From: Promethearchaeota archaeon
Lineage (GTDB): Archaea > Asgardarchaeota > Thorarchaeia > Thorarchaeales > Thorarchaeaceae
DNA: 32,000 bases
Reading direction: 5' to 3'
Assembly (NCBI GenBank): GCA_027031765.1
Contig: JALVPN010000077.1
Location: 8,191 to 40,190, forward strand
The notes under the pieces are model-generated. The model saw only the letters and a program-made list of their open reading frames with translations. It searched no databases and was not told the DNA's origin. The position numbers were made by a program, and so were the translations under genes. The first letter of the stretch is position 1. Every line of letters begins with the position of its first letter. Shown here piece after piece: positions 8,699 to 17,421 of this stretch.

Positions 8699-10108
8699 AT
8701 GCCCACAAGGCCCACATTTGTGCGCCCGCCACGCATGGGCACGCTGTCACTCAGGAAGGGGCCGTTCTATACGGTGGCCTCTGTAGAACTCGGTAATACC
8801 ACCACCAAGTGTGTGGTAGTGACGACCGACCTCAGGACAGCGCGCATGTACATGCTGGGAAAGCTCGTGCGTCTGACGCGTGAGGCAAGACCACCGCGGG
8901 AGGGGGAGCTGGTCTTTGGGAGGACGCTCACTGGCACACCGCTCACACGGGAGTCCGTGGCAGAGCTGGTCGCCGAGACCCTCACGGGAGCTGTAAGGCA
9001 GGTGAGGCTGGACATTGAGCGCGACCTCCACTTCGTCGTCCGGTCCACGGGCGTGACCGCAGGGTTCGCCACACCGTCAGAGGTCGGCGAGATGGTCAGG
9101 GCCCTTGCCCAGGGCTGTCTGCAGGCCGGGATCCCGCCACGGAAGATGACAGCATCAATCTCACTCGACAGGGTCCCACCAGGGCTCCGGCGCTACAGCC
9201 TCCTTGACAGGGTCTACTTTGATGGGGCGGTGGCCGGGACGCGTCCCCCGGCGGCAACGGAAATCGTAGCAAATGAAATGGAGGGGGAGCTGGTCACTGC
9301 CGGACTGAAGGGTGCCGCAAAGAACACGCAGGTCGACTTCAGGAACCCTGTCATGACCCTGGACTTCGGCACCACACTGGCCGGACGCGTGACTGACGAG
9401 TCGTACCCCTATGCAGATACCATTGGCTCGTTTGCGGGGCTTGGTGGGGCGATACCGGACGCCCTCGTCCGTGGTGCAGGCCTTGCAGACCCGGTCACTG
9501 GTTGCGTCCTTGATGTCGAGGCCCCGAAACGGTACAGCGTGGAGGTGGGCGAGTGGCTCGAAAAAGTGCACTCGCTTGTGGATGTGCGGACAGTCCCAGC
9601 TGGTACCACCAGGTTCGGCACGGTGCCCGTAGACACCAGGGCAGCGGACGAGTCAGGGGTCGTGCTGATAGGCGTCGACGCTGGGAGGAACGGGTCTGCC
9701 CTGTCGGAGCTGGAGAGACTGGGCGCGGAGGTCTACGAGGCGGGCGGACTGGGACTGCTGATGGGCCTTGTCGACCGGGTGCAGGTACAGACAGTGCAGA
9801 GGCTCGTGAGCACCGCGGAGGAGGAGGGCATCGTGCTCCCCCGGACGGCACTTGGCCTGACAGGAAGGGGGATTACGACTGGCACGAAGCCGCGACTGGT
9901 CACAAAGTACCTGACCACTGCGAGCGGCGAGCCCTGGACAGAGTCGCATGTCCTGCTCATGGTAGAGGACGGGCTTGCCCTCGGAGCTGCGGTAGCGGCC
10001 CGCTGCATGAACTCCATGGGGACTCCCAAGCACCCGATAGGTGGCCGTCAGGGTGACGGGTGCGTGCTGGCCGCGCGGCGCGAGGCACAGAAGGGCCGTA
10101 CTGGATGA
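8699..10108 (+). CDS. Methanogenesis marker protein 14-like (DUF2114), predicted ASKHA/actin-like ATPase fold
   Basis: YTVASVELGNTTTKC, VFGRTL.G..LTRESVAELV, FVVRSTGVTAGF, ANEMEGEL.TAG.K, DFRNPV.TLDFGTTLAGR, GLGGAIPDAL. Confidence 0.85.
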   Translation: MPTRPTFVRPPRMGTLSLRKGPFYTVASVELGNTTTKCVVVTTDLRTARMYMLGKLVRLTREARPPREGELVFGRTLTGTPLTRESVAELVAETLTGAVRQVRLDIERDLHFVVRSTGVTAGFATPSEVGEMVRALAQGCLQAGIPPRKMTASISLDRVPPGLRRYSLLDRVYFDGAVAGTRPPAATEIVANEMEGELVTAGLKGAAKNTQVDFRNPVMTLDFGTTLAGRVTDESYPYADTIGSFAGLGGAIPDALVRGAGLADPVTGCVLDVEAPKRYSVEVGEWLEKVHSLVDVRTVPAGTTRFGTVPVDTRAADESGVVLIGVDAGRNGSALSELERLGAEVYEAGGLGLLMGLVDRVQVQTVQRLVSTAEEEGIVLPRTALGLTGRGITTGTKPRLVTKYLTTASGEPWTESHVLLMVEDGLALGAAVAARCMNSMGTPKHPIGGRQGDGCVLAARREAQKGRTG

Positions 10109-10174
10109 GGAAGACCTATCAGGCCACGGCCCCGTGTCAGGGGCGGCCGAGAGAGCACAGGAGGTCACCGGTCA

Positions 10175-10948
10175 GTGCTTGTCATCCCCATCAGGACCAG
10201 GGTCATCAGACCCGACGACAACATAGTGGATGTGATACTCGACGGCCTTGCCAGGGCTTGCCACGAGCTCCGTGAAGGGGACATCCTAGGGATTGCTGAA
10301 ACACCACTGGGGACGACGGAGGGGCGGGTGATTCGCCTGTCAGACGTAGTTGTGAGTGACAGGGCACGAGACCTTGCACAACGCTACGACATGGTACCGG
10401 AGGTCGCGCAGCTCGTACTGGACGAGGCCGACGAGGTCCTCGGAGGTATCCCACACGTGCTCCTCACAATCAAGAACAACACACTGATGGCCAATGCCGG
10501 GGTCGACAAGTCGAATGTGCCACCGGGCTACGCATCACTGTTGCCCGAAGACCCGGCAGCCAGTGCAGCACGGATACGGGAGGAGGTGGCCAGGCGCCTC
10601 GGCATAGGAGTGGGCGTAATCGTGATAGACAGCCGTACGCAGCCGCTGCGGCTAGGCAACGTAGGGATGGCCCTTGCTGTGGCGGGGTTCCGGCCCGTGG
10701 TCGACGAGCGTGGCAGGACAGACCTCTTCGGGAACGTCCTGCGCGTGACGCGACGTGCTGTTGCTGACAACCTGGCCTCTGCGTGCACTGCGGTGATGGG
10801 TGAGGCCGACGAGGCAGTCCCAGCGGCACTGATAAGGGATGCGCCCGTCGAGTACACGGACACTGTCCACGACTCGTCAGAGATGTGGATTTCACCCGAG
10901 GAGTGCATGTACATGGCAATCTTTGAGCAGTGGAGACGCGGGATGTGA
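10175..10948 (+). CDS. cofE: Coenzyme F420-0:L-glutamate ligase
   Basis: IPIRTRVIRPDDNIV, ANAGVDKSN, DS..QPLRLG.VG.A, D.RG..DLFG..L.VT, ADNLASA...VMGEA.E..P. Confidence 0.88.
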   Translation: MLVIPIRTRVIRPDDNIVDVILDGLARACHELREGDILGIAETPLGTTEGRVIRLSDVVVSDRARDLAQRYDMVPEVAQLVLDEADEVLGGIPHVLLTIKNNTLMANAGVDKSNVPPGYASLLPEDPAASAARIREEVARRLGIGVGVIVIDSRTQPLRLGNVGMALAVAGFRPVVDERGRTDLFGNVLRVTRRAVADNLASACTAVMGEADEAVPAALIRDAPVEYTDTVHDSSEMWISPEECMYMAIFEQWRRGM

Positions 10949-10952
10949 CTTC

Positions 10953-11014
10953 GAAAGAAAGAGAGAGAGAGAAAGAGAGAAAGAGAGAAAGAAAGAAAGA
11001 AAGAAAGAAAAGGG
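10953..11014 (+). repeat. 62-nt pure homopurine tract made of (GA)n and (GAAA)n microsatellite units
   Basis: GAAAGAAAGAGAGAGAGAGAAAGAGAGAAAGAGAGAAAGAAAGAAAGAAAGAAAGAAAAGGG read directly; no pyrimidines. Confidence 0.97.
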
Positions 11015-11063
11015 CGATTCATTAGGCTAGGCAAGCGGACCGTATGACGGGAGACTGAGAACA

Positions 11064-12404
11064 GTGGGAAGACCAATAGTCCTCTTTGATGTCGCGTCGG
11101 CAGGTGCATCCGGGGACATGTTCCTGTCAGCACTGATAGACCTGATTGGGGACGACGAGGCCATACTCCGAGTCGCAGCAAGCATGCTGATCTACGACCC
11201 GACGCTACGGGTAAACGTCACACCTGTCACAGTGGGGGACACTGAGGGCAAGAGGCTCGATATCACCCTAGACACAGGGGTCAGGTTCGAGCCGCAAGCA
11301 ATGCATGAGGTGCTCAAAGAGGTCGCAACCGAGCTTGAGCTCTCAGAACACGGCCTCGAGACCGCAGAGCGGATGCTGGACATACTGTTCACCGCCGAGA
11401 GCAAGGCACATGACACGCCGGTGGATGAGCTGCACCTCCACGAGGTCGGCTCCATAGACACGGTTCTTGACGTCGTTGGGGTAGTGTACCTCCTTGAGAA
11501 GGCTGGTCTCCTCGGTGCAAAGTTCATCTCCACTCATGTGGCAATTGGCCAGGGCAGCATCGAGACCGAACACGGCGCGTTCGAGGTGCCAGTGCCAGCC
11601 GTTGCGGAAATCCTTGTTGCACATGACATCCCATTCCACAGGAGCACAGCCCAGACCGAGACCCTGACCCCGACAGGGGCCGCTATACTGGCGGCGCTTG
11701 CGGAGGACTACGTCGACTCGACTGAGGGCATCGAGTTGGAACGTTCCGGGGTGGGTTTCGGAACTCGCGACCTGGGCGAAACGCCGAACGCGATGCACAT
11801 ACACATCTGTCGCGGGACGGCACCAGCACGAGAGGCCGCCGAGATGACACGGGAAGCAGAGGCGGAAGGAGCAAAAGAGGCCGCGGCACCAGTTGAGGCC
11901 CCAGAGGCCGACCGGAGGCTTGAGACGTTGACGGGTTGGGACACTGACGAAGTGGTAGTCCTCGAAACGAACGTTGACGATGTCGATGGCGAGACCATGG
12001 GTACGCTCTTCGACGCACTGCTGGACACACATGGTGTGTTTGATGTGGTGGCAATCCCGGCATATGGGAAGAAGAACCGTCCGTGCCTGGTCGTAAAGGT
12101 GATTGCTTCGGCTCGGGCCCTCGCGGAGGTCCCCGACATCCTAGTGAAACACCTGGGGACAATTGGGGTGCGGTATACCACGTGGCGCCGCGTGAAAGCG
12201 ACCCGCGAAACCGTCGTCTGCAGGATTGATGTGGAGGGCAAGGAGTACATGGTGCGGGTGAAGGTCTCACGGAGTGCGGACGGCAGTGTGGTGAATGTCA
12301 AGCCAGAGGCCGATGATGTGAGAAAGGTCGCACGTGAGACCGGCATCCCGACGCGGTTCCTGCGGCCAATGATCATACTACAGGCGAAGGCGGTCACCGA
12401 GTAG
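11064..12404 (+). CDS. larC: LarC-family nickel insertase (fused N- and C-terminal halves)
   Basis: GASGDMFLSAL, HLHEVGSIDTVLDVVG, ETLTPTGAAIL, LETNVDDVDGE, KKNRP, TIGVR, VKPE.DD. Confidence 0.9.
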   Translation: MGRPIVLFDVASAGASGDMFLSALIDLIGDDEAILRVAASMLIYDPTLRVNVTPVTVGDTEGKRLDITLDTGVRFEPQAMHEVLKEVATELELSEHGLETAERMLDILFTAESKAHDTPVDELHLHEVGSIDTVLDVVGVVYLLEKAGLLGAKFISTHVAIGQGSIETEHGAFEVPVPAVAEILVAHDIPFHRSTAQTETLTPTGAAILAALAEDYVDSTEGIELERSGVGFGTRDLGETPNAMHIHICRGTAPAREAAEMTREAEAEGAKEAAAPVEAPEADRRLETLTGWDTDEVVVLETNVDDVDGETMGTLFDALLDTHGVFDVVAIPAYGKKNRPCLVVKVIASARALAEVPDILVKHLGTIGVRYTTWRRVKATRETVVCRIDVEGKEYMVRVKVSRSADGSVVNVKPEADDVRKVARETGIPTRFLRPMIILQAKAVTE

Positions 12405-12418
12405 GCGGTCGCAGTGGA

Positions 12419-14662
12419 CTACTGGCCATGCGTAACAGCAAGGTGCAGGTAGTGTGCCGGCACAAGCTCTTCAAATGCACGCAGACACATCCGTGCATAC
12501 GCATCAGGGTCGTAGCGTGTCGACGGGACCACAAGTGGGAGTGCGAGGACACGGCCGGTCTGGCGGGTGACCCCAGGCTCTACGACGATGTAGTCGACCA
12601 CTTGGCCGGCGTGCAGGTGCATGCCATGTGCAGCGAGCTGTTGTGCTGCAACAGCTGCTGGGGAGAGGACCCGGTGTTCACCGGGACTCCTTGAGAGGCG
12701 CTCGTGGACGACCAGGTCACGGATGTCAACATCCCGCTCGTACAGGCGGTCGATGAATGTCTGACAGACCTCTCGGGCCTGTGGGAGCATCTTGAGAAAA
12801 CCCCTGCGTCCATGTCCGCGGGCCAGTGTACGGAGCACTGCCATCTGACAGTCGTACACGTACGTGCAGGTATCGCGTCGCCGGAGGGCCAGCCCCCGCG
12901 CCTTGATTGAACCATTGTAGAAGAGGCCATAGTACCGGTTGATGGGCGCGAGCCGTGGGCGCGAGCGCAGCGATGGGATGACCATCCAGTCATAGATACC
13001 ATTCGAACGCATGGGGATGTCCACCTCTCCAGTCACCAGCTCGCAGAACTCCTCCACAAGGTGCACATCAGGGCCATCGGCGTGTCTCAACCAGATTGAG
13101 TCCACAATCCCATGGATGACCTCGAAGCCCATGTCCTCTGCAATGTCCTTTGCACGCAGGAGGACATCACGGCCAATGGCCGTGACGGCAGCGTGCGCCT
13201 CCGCACGACCGAACCGCGCGTTCCGGAAGCCAAGATAGCCGAAGCAGGACACGAGCACGCCCTTCAGTGTGTGTTGCATCCGTCCGTAGCGGTCTGCATC
13301 ACGGCCCTCAGTCACCAGCCTCTTGAATGCATCCCGCTTTGCAATGACCAGTCTGAGTGCCTCGGGTATGATACCACGCCTCTGTCTGCACACCTTGAGC
13401 CCGAGCCCCGGGACTTCGACACATGACCGCTGGTCGTAGGGGCACTCGTGCCCCATGCATATGGTCTCGGGGCTGATGTTACGGGTCAACATCAGGGTGG
13501 GGTACATTGATGCAAAGTCGCACTCGACCACGTCCTCGTACACGTCGGGTGAGGGCTGTAGGACCAGGCCACCACGGTCAGCAGCGCTCAGACTGGACAC
13601 GGACTTGAGGGACTCTGGGTTACGCCCGACAGGGGGGACGAGGATGTCGAGCTTGTATGCAGTGTAGGTCTGGATAGCCGCATTGACCCCACCAATCGAC
13701 ATCCGGGCCGCCTGCTGGGGCCGTATCAGGGCAATCCGTGACGCCTCGACAATACCCTCTATTCCCTGCGGCGAGTAGTATAGGCTGGTCTCTTCGTCCA
13801 CATGGATGCGCCCGTTCAGCAGGACTGGCGGGCCGGGGCGGTACGCGACGTGGTTGTACTGCCAGAAGGACTGCGGCCGCGGTGCCCTAACACTGAGTGG
13901 CGAGCCATCACGGGAGAGCACGAGGTCGATGCCGTGGGCACGTGCACGGTGTGCAAGGTGTGGAAAGAGGAATCCATCACCACCACGGGTGATGACCACA
14001 TCGGGGTCGATCCGGTCGAATGTGTCCTGGAAGGAGAGGAGCGTATCACGTTCGTCCGGACACTGTACCCGGTATACCCTGTCACGTTGTCTCAGGGCAA
14101 TGCACTCTACCGGGTCATCCCTGTGGGGGACGAGGTGCTCACCCCTTGTACATACAGCCAAGTGCACCGTGGTGAGTGGTGGGACTGTGTATTCCGTGTC
14201 CTCACGCCGGTCCAGACACTGCACGGCCCGTGCTACTGGGCCCTCCCTGTAGATGCGCACGCGTCCGAACGGGAACACATCATGCCCTATGAAGAACTGC
14301 TGCACCGGGTCAATGTCGGCATGGAAGACTGTTGCACCAGGCAGTCTGCGCAGGTCACGGGCCAGTGACGGCACCGAGAGGGGGGTCGTGCGGACCCGTA
14401 TGACTGGACGGCGGGACGAGTCATAGACCGAAACGAACCTGTATACCAGGGAGACCTCCCGGACGGCGGGATGAGAGCTGACAGCAGTCAGCAGGTACTT
14501 TTGGTCACCGCAAGACTGGAGACAGGGAGACGACACGAAGAGGGACGGGTAGAACTCGTAGTCGAGGGCGTCCGTGCGGCCCCCGTCCTTGACCCAGAGG
14601 ACCAAACAGTCCTTGGAACGGTTGATGTCTGCATCAAGTAACCAGCAGTCCTGCCAGCTCAT
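12419..14662 (-). CDS. polB2: Family B DNA polymerase, PolB2 group (degenerate catalytic and exonuclease motifs)
   Basis: Motif A DFASMYPTLM, motif B K..LVSCFGYLG, motif C HGIVDS (canonical YGDTDS); no ExoI DxE; ATGA overlap with the upstream small gene. Confidence 0.88.
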   Translation of the reverse strand: MSWQDCWLLDADINRSKDCLVLWVKDGGRTDALDYEFYPSLFVSSPCLQSCGDQKYLLTAVSSHPAVREVSLVYRFVSVYDSSRRPVIRVRTTPLSVPSLARDLRRLPGATVFHADIDPVQQFFIGHDVFPFGRVRIYREGPVARAVQCLDRREDTEYTVPPLTTVHLAVCTRGEHLVPHRDDPVECIALRQRDRVYRVQCPDERDTLLSFQDTFDRIDPDVVITRGGDGFLFPHLAHRARAHGIDLVLSRDGSPLSVRAPRPQSFWQYNHVAYRPGPPVLLNGRIHVDEETSLYYSPQGIEGIVEASRIALIRPQQAARMSIGGVNAAIQTYTAYKLDILVPPVGRNPESLKSVSSLSAADRGGLVLQPSPDVYEDVVECDFASMYPTLMLTRNISPETICMGHECPYDQRSCVEVPGLGLKVCRQRRGIIPEALRLVIAKRDAFKRLVTEGRDADRYGRMQHTLKGVLVSCFGYLGFRNARFGRAEAHAAVTAIGRDVLLRAKDIAEDMGFEVIHGIVDSIWLRHADGPDVHLVEEFCELVTGEVDIPMRSNGIYDWMVIPSLRSRPRLAPINRYYGLFYNGSIKARGLALRRRDTCTYVYDCQMAVLRTLARGHGRRGFLKMLPQAREVCQTFIDRLYERDVDIRDLVVHERLSRSPGEHRVLSPAAVAAQQLAAHGMHLHAGQVVDYIVVEPGVTRQTGRVLALPLVVPSTRYDPDAYARMCLRAFEELVPAHYLHLAVTHGQ

Positions 14663-14931
14663 CGTTGTGACTCCAGCTCCGCCTCTAGTCCTTCGACCCG
14701 CGACTCCAGGGCCTCAATGTCCTCGATAATGCCCAGCAGGGCCATCAGGAACACGACCTCAGTGACCCGCGGTGTGACTGCCACTGTACCGGCATCGGCG
14801 TACTGGCGTGCATAGTCAAAGATGCGTGCAAGGCGGGCGCGGCGGGATGGAGTGAGGACTCTGGAGAACGCATGCCACCGTTTCTCTTCGGCATCTACTG
14901 CGTCCCTGAAAGTGCGCACTGTGCGGCCCAC
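14659..14931 (-). CDS. Small alpha-helical PolB2-associated protein (about 90 aa)
   Basis: GRTVRTFR....E..RW..F.R.L....R...F.YAR..A.A pattern typical of the small protein encoded next to PolB2, plus a coiled-coil tail. Start moved to GTG 14931 from the track's 15159. Confidence 0.75.
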   Translation of the reverse strand: MGRTVRTFRDAVDAEEKRWHAFSRVLTPSRRARLARIFDYARQYADAGTVAVTPRVTEVVFLMALLGIIEDIEALESRVEGLEAELESQR

Positions 14932-15200
14932 CGTATAACACACCTCACCAGGGTTTTCCATGGACAGGTAGGGGATGGGTGAGGGCATGACCAACTGTGC
15001 GGACGCTTCTGAGGTTTGCTGATGGCAGCAGTCTGCGAGGACAGACAGAAACGGCAAGGGCGGGTGACCGAAAGTAAAGGGCAAAGTACAGACGGGTAGG
15101 ACGGAGGGCCCGCACAGCCGGCCGCCGGGGGCTGCCATAGGACAGGGGTTGCGCCACACGACAGCACCGTGATACCCCGCCGCAAAACAGAACGAGGAAC

Positions 15201-15208
15201 TTTAATAA
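15201..15208 (+). promoter_or_regulatory. Putative TATA box for Rab-like GTPase 1
   Basis: TTTAATAA in a GC-rich intergenic region. It lies too close to ATG 15216 for that ATG to be the start. Confidence 0.5.
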
Positions 15209-15278
15209 CGGCCATATGTTACAGGCACACAGTCCCACTCATACGAATACGAGTCTGGCCGTCCAAAGATTCAGTGGG

Positions 15279-15854
15279 GTGCTCAAAATAGTAACTGCGC
15301 TGTTCAAAGTAATCCTCATGGGTGATGGCTCCGTCGGAAAGACAAGCCTGCGACGGGTGTACATGGGCGAGGGGTTCAAGGCATCGTACATGATCACAAT
15401 AGGGGCCGACTTTGCCGTCAAGAAGATGACCCTAGAAGGAGGCCACGATGTCAGCATTCAGATCTGGGACCTGGCAGGCCAAGAACACTTCAAGAGCGTC
15501 CGCTCCACGTTCTACCGTGGTGCCCAGGGTGCACTCGCAGTGTACTCCACAGTGGAACGGAGCTCCTTCGAGAACATTGAGAACTGGGTGGAAGAGTGCT
15601 GGAGCAACGCAGGCAAGAAGATTCCAGTCGTGTTGATTGGGAACAAGATTGACCTCCGGGAACAGTTCATAGACAACCCCGTAATGCGCCAGACCATTGT
15701 CACTACTGAGGAGGGACAGGCCCTAGCCGACAGAATTGCCCAGCGGGGCGTCCACGCGTCCTTCATAGAGACCTCTGCCAAGACCGGGAAGAACGTCGAG
15801 GCTGCATTCCTCGAACTGATAATCAGGATCTTGGAGGCCGGCGGGCTCTCATAG
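15279..15854 (+). CDS. Rab-like small GTPase 1
   Basis: G1 GDGSVGKTS, switch I TIGADF, G3 WDLAGQE, YRGA, G4 NKID, G5 ETSAKTG; no C-terminal prenylation Cys. Start is GTG 15279 or ATA 15288. Confidence 0.93.
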   Translation: MLKIVTALFKVILMGDGSVGKTSLRRVYMGEGFKASYMITIGADFAVKKMTLEGGHDVSIQIWDLAGQEHFKSVRSTFYRGAQGALAVYSTVERSSFENIENWVEECWSNAGKKIPVVLIGNKIDLREQFIDNPVMRQTIVTTEEGQALADRIAQRGVHASFIETSAKTGKNVEAAFLELIIRILEAGGLS

Positions 15855-15960
15855 GCACCTTGACAGCTGATCATTACATTGCCCTGCCCATGGCAAGATG
15901 TTGGGCACTGGGCCAGCCGACCAGATGAGGCAATCAGGGTGCTCGGTCAACCGCGGCAGG

Positions 15961-17175
15961 TCAGGCGGTCATGAGCACGCACGCGGATATGCGCTGGTAG
16001 AACTCACTTGCAGCGGTCTGGAGCACTTCAGGGGCGTCAGACATCGTGTGTATTTGCAGCTGACACTTCTTCGAGACCAGGTCACCGACCATCAGGACAT
16101 GGAGGACGACCTTCAGTCCCGTATAGCTACCTGTGCCAGCGGCCTTCAGGGATGCCATCAAGACACTGCTTTCACGACGGGTCTTGCAGTCGAAGGTGTG
16201 GAGGTTGCACCTGTCGAGCATGTCCCTGATGGCCTCGAACATCGTCACGGGGTCTACAGGCACCTCGTGCTCACGACTCCACCCCTTCATGGCCCGCAGG
16301 AGAGTGGCCTCTTCAGATGGCGAGATGTTGAGTGGTTCCAGCCGCTCGAAAAATGTCCGGACGGTGCAGTTCCCCGCAGGTGCAGACGCCCGCTGGCCGT
16401 CGACATCTGTGAACACCACCAGCGGGACAATCTCTCCCTCTATGCACTCGCGTGTCGCTGACATCTCAAACGTGACAGACCGTGCCTCTCCAGGTCCAAT
16501 ACGTGGGACTGTCCGCACAGTGCCATCGACCGGTCTCAGGCTGTCGGCCGGGTAGGCGAGCAGGCGTACGTCCACGTCAGTGATTGGGCCCTGCGTGTCA
16601 TTCGACACCCGGATCCTGAAGGTGACAGTCCCATCATTGACTGAGAGCTCGTTTGAGACTGAAACATCCATCCTCGTCCGGATGGGCACGGGGTCTAAGG
16701 ACATGGGCGCGGCAGGCTGGGAAACTGCTGTGGAAACGACCACCTGTGGGCGCTGACTCCCGGGTGTCCCCTGAGTGTGAGAATGGAGCACGGCCCACTC
16801 GTGTGCATACTCAGCTGCCTGCACTACCATCTCCAGAGGGTCGTCTTGGGCCAAGGCGAGGGTGTCCGACACCCCACTGGGGTCGATGGTGGTGAGGAAG
16901 ACAAGGGCTGCTGCGCGTACCTCTCCGGTGTCGTCATGACAGGCAATCTCAAGGCCCCCAATGGCCTCGGGCCCAAACTCAGCAAGCCGACATACAGCAA
17001 GGAGCCGGGTCTCAGGCTCGCCCGCGAGAGATGCGTCCTTGCATGCCTGTAGAGACCTCAAGCCCGACAGCATACGCGAGAGAGGGGGGTCAGACTCCTC
17101 AAGAAAGAGGGCCCGTCGTAGGCGTGAGAGGATGCCGCCAGAGTCATCAGGTGTGTTCTCCATGCCCGGACTCAT
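15961..17175 (-). CDS. HEAT-repeat protein with C-terminal Ig-like + platform (adaptin/coatomer appendage-like) domains
   Basis: HEAT-like RLLAVCRLAEFG.EAI..L....HDD..EVRAAA...L; low-complexity linker; beta-sandwich (FRIRVSNDTQGPITDVDVRL...IGPGEARSVTFEM...GEIVPLVVFTD); alpha/beta C-terminal domain. Confidence 0.7.
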   Translation of the reverse strand: MSPGMENTPDDSGGILSRLRRALFLEESDPPLSRMLSGLRSLQACKDASLAGEPETRLLAVCRLAEFGPEAIGGLEIACHDDTGEVRAAALVFLTTIDPSGVSDTLALAQDDPLEMVVQAAEYAHEWAVLHSHTQGTPGSQRPQVVVSTAVSQPAAPMSLDPVPIRTRMDVSVSNELSVNDGTVTFRIRVSNDTQGPITDVDVRLLAYPADSLRPVDGTVRTVPRIGPGEARSVTFEMSATRECIEGEIVPLVVFTDVDGQRASAPAGNCTVRTFFERLEPLNISPSEEATLLRAMKGWSREHEVPVDPVTMFEAIRDMLDRCNLHTFDCKTRRESSVLMASLKAAGTGSYTGLKVVLHVLMVGDLVSKKCQLQIHTMSDAPEVLQTAASEFYQRISACVLMTA

Positions 17176-17209
17176 ATGCCCACTTCATACTGGGCCCACT
17201 TCTGAGGCG

Positions 17210-17216
17210 ATATAAG
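17210..17216 (-). promoter_or_regulatory. Putative TATA box for the HEAT/appendage gene
   Basis: CTTATAT on the minus strand about 35 nt upstream of ATG 17175. Confidence 0.45.
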
Positions 17217-17421
17217 GTTATGGCACAACACAGCGGTGCAGTGGCACCACACTGTTTTGTCGGCCGGGGGACTGAGGACGTAGAGGGCGCTGTGGAGCAG
17301 CAGCAGTACAAACAACATGAGAGTTGACACCCGGACTGACGACAGTGTTGCAACTAGCAACTTTTTAGGGGAATACCGTCATAGCGAGCTACGACCCCCC
17401 CCCCACCATGAGGCGCATCAT

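Noticed and set aside
6108-10108. Evidence for methanogenesis
   Set aside because: No mcr or membrane mtrCDE genes in the window; mtrA, mtrH and marker 14 alone do not establish methanogenesis.
10953-11014. CRISPR-like or coding interpretation of the repeat tract
   Set aside because: No repeat-spacer structure; the ORFs crossing it translate to low-complexity ERKK or FLSF strings.
14932-15278. Longer N-termini for the PolB2 partner (from 15159) and Rab-like GTPase 1 (from 15216)
   Set aside because: Non-conserved-looking sequence spanning a divergent promoter region; family motifs begin later.
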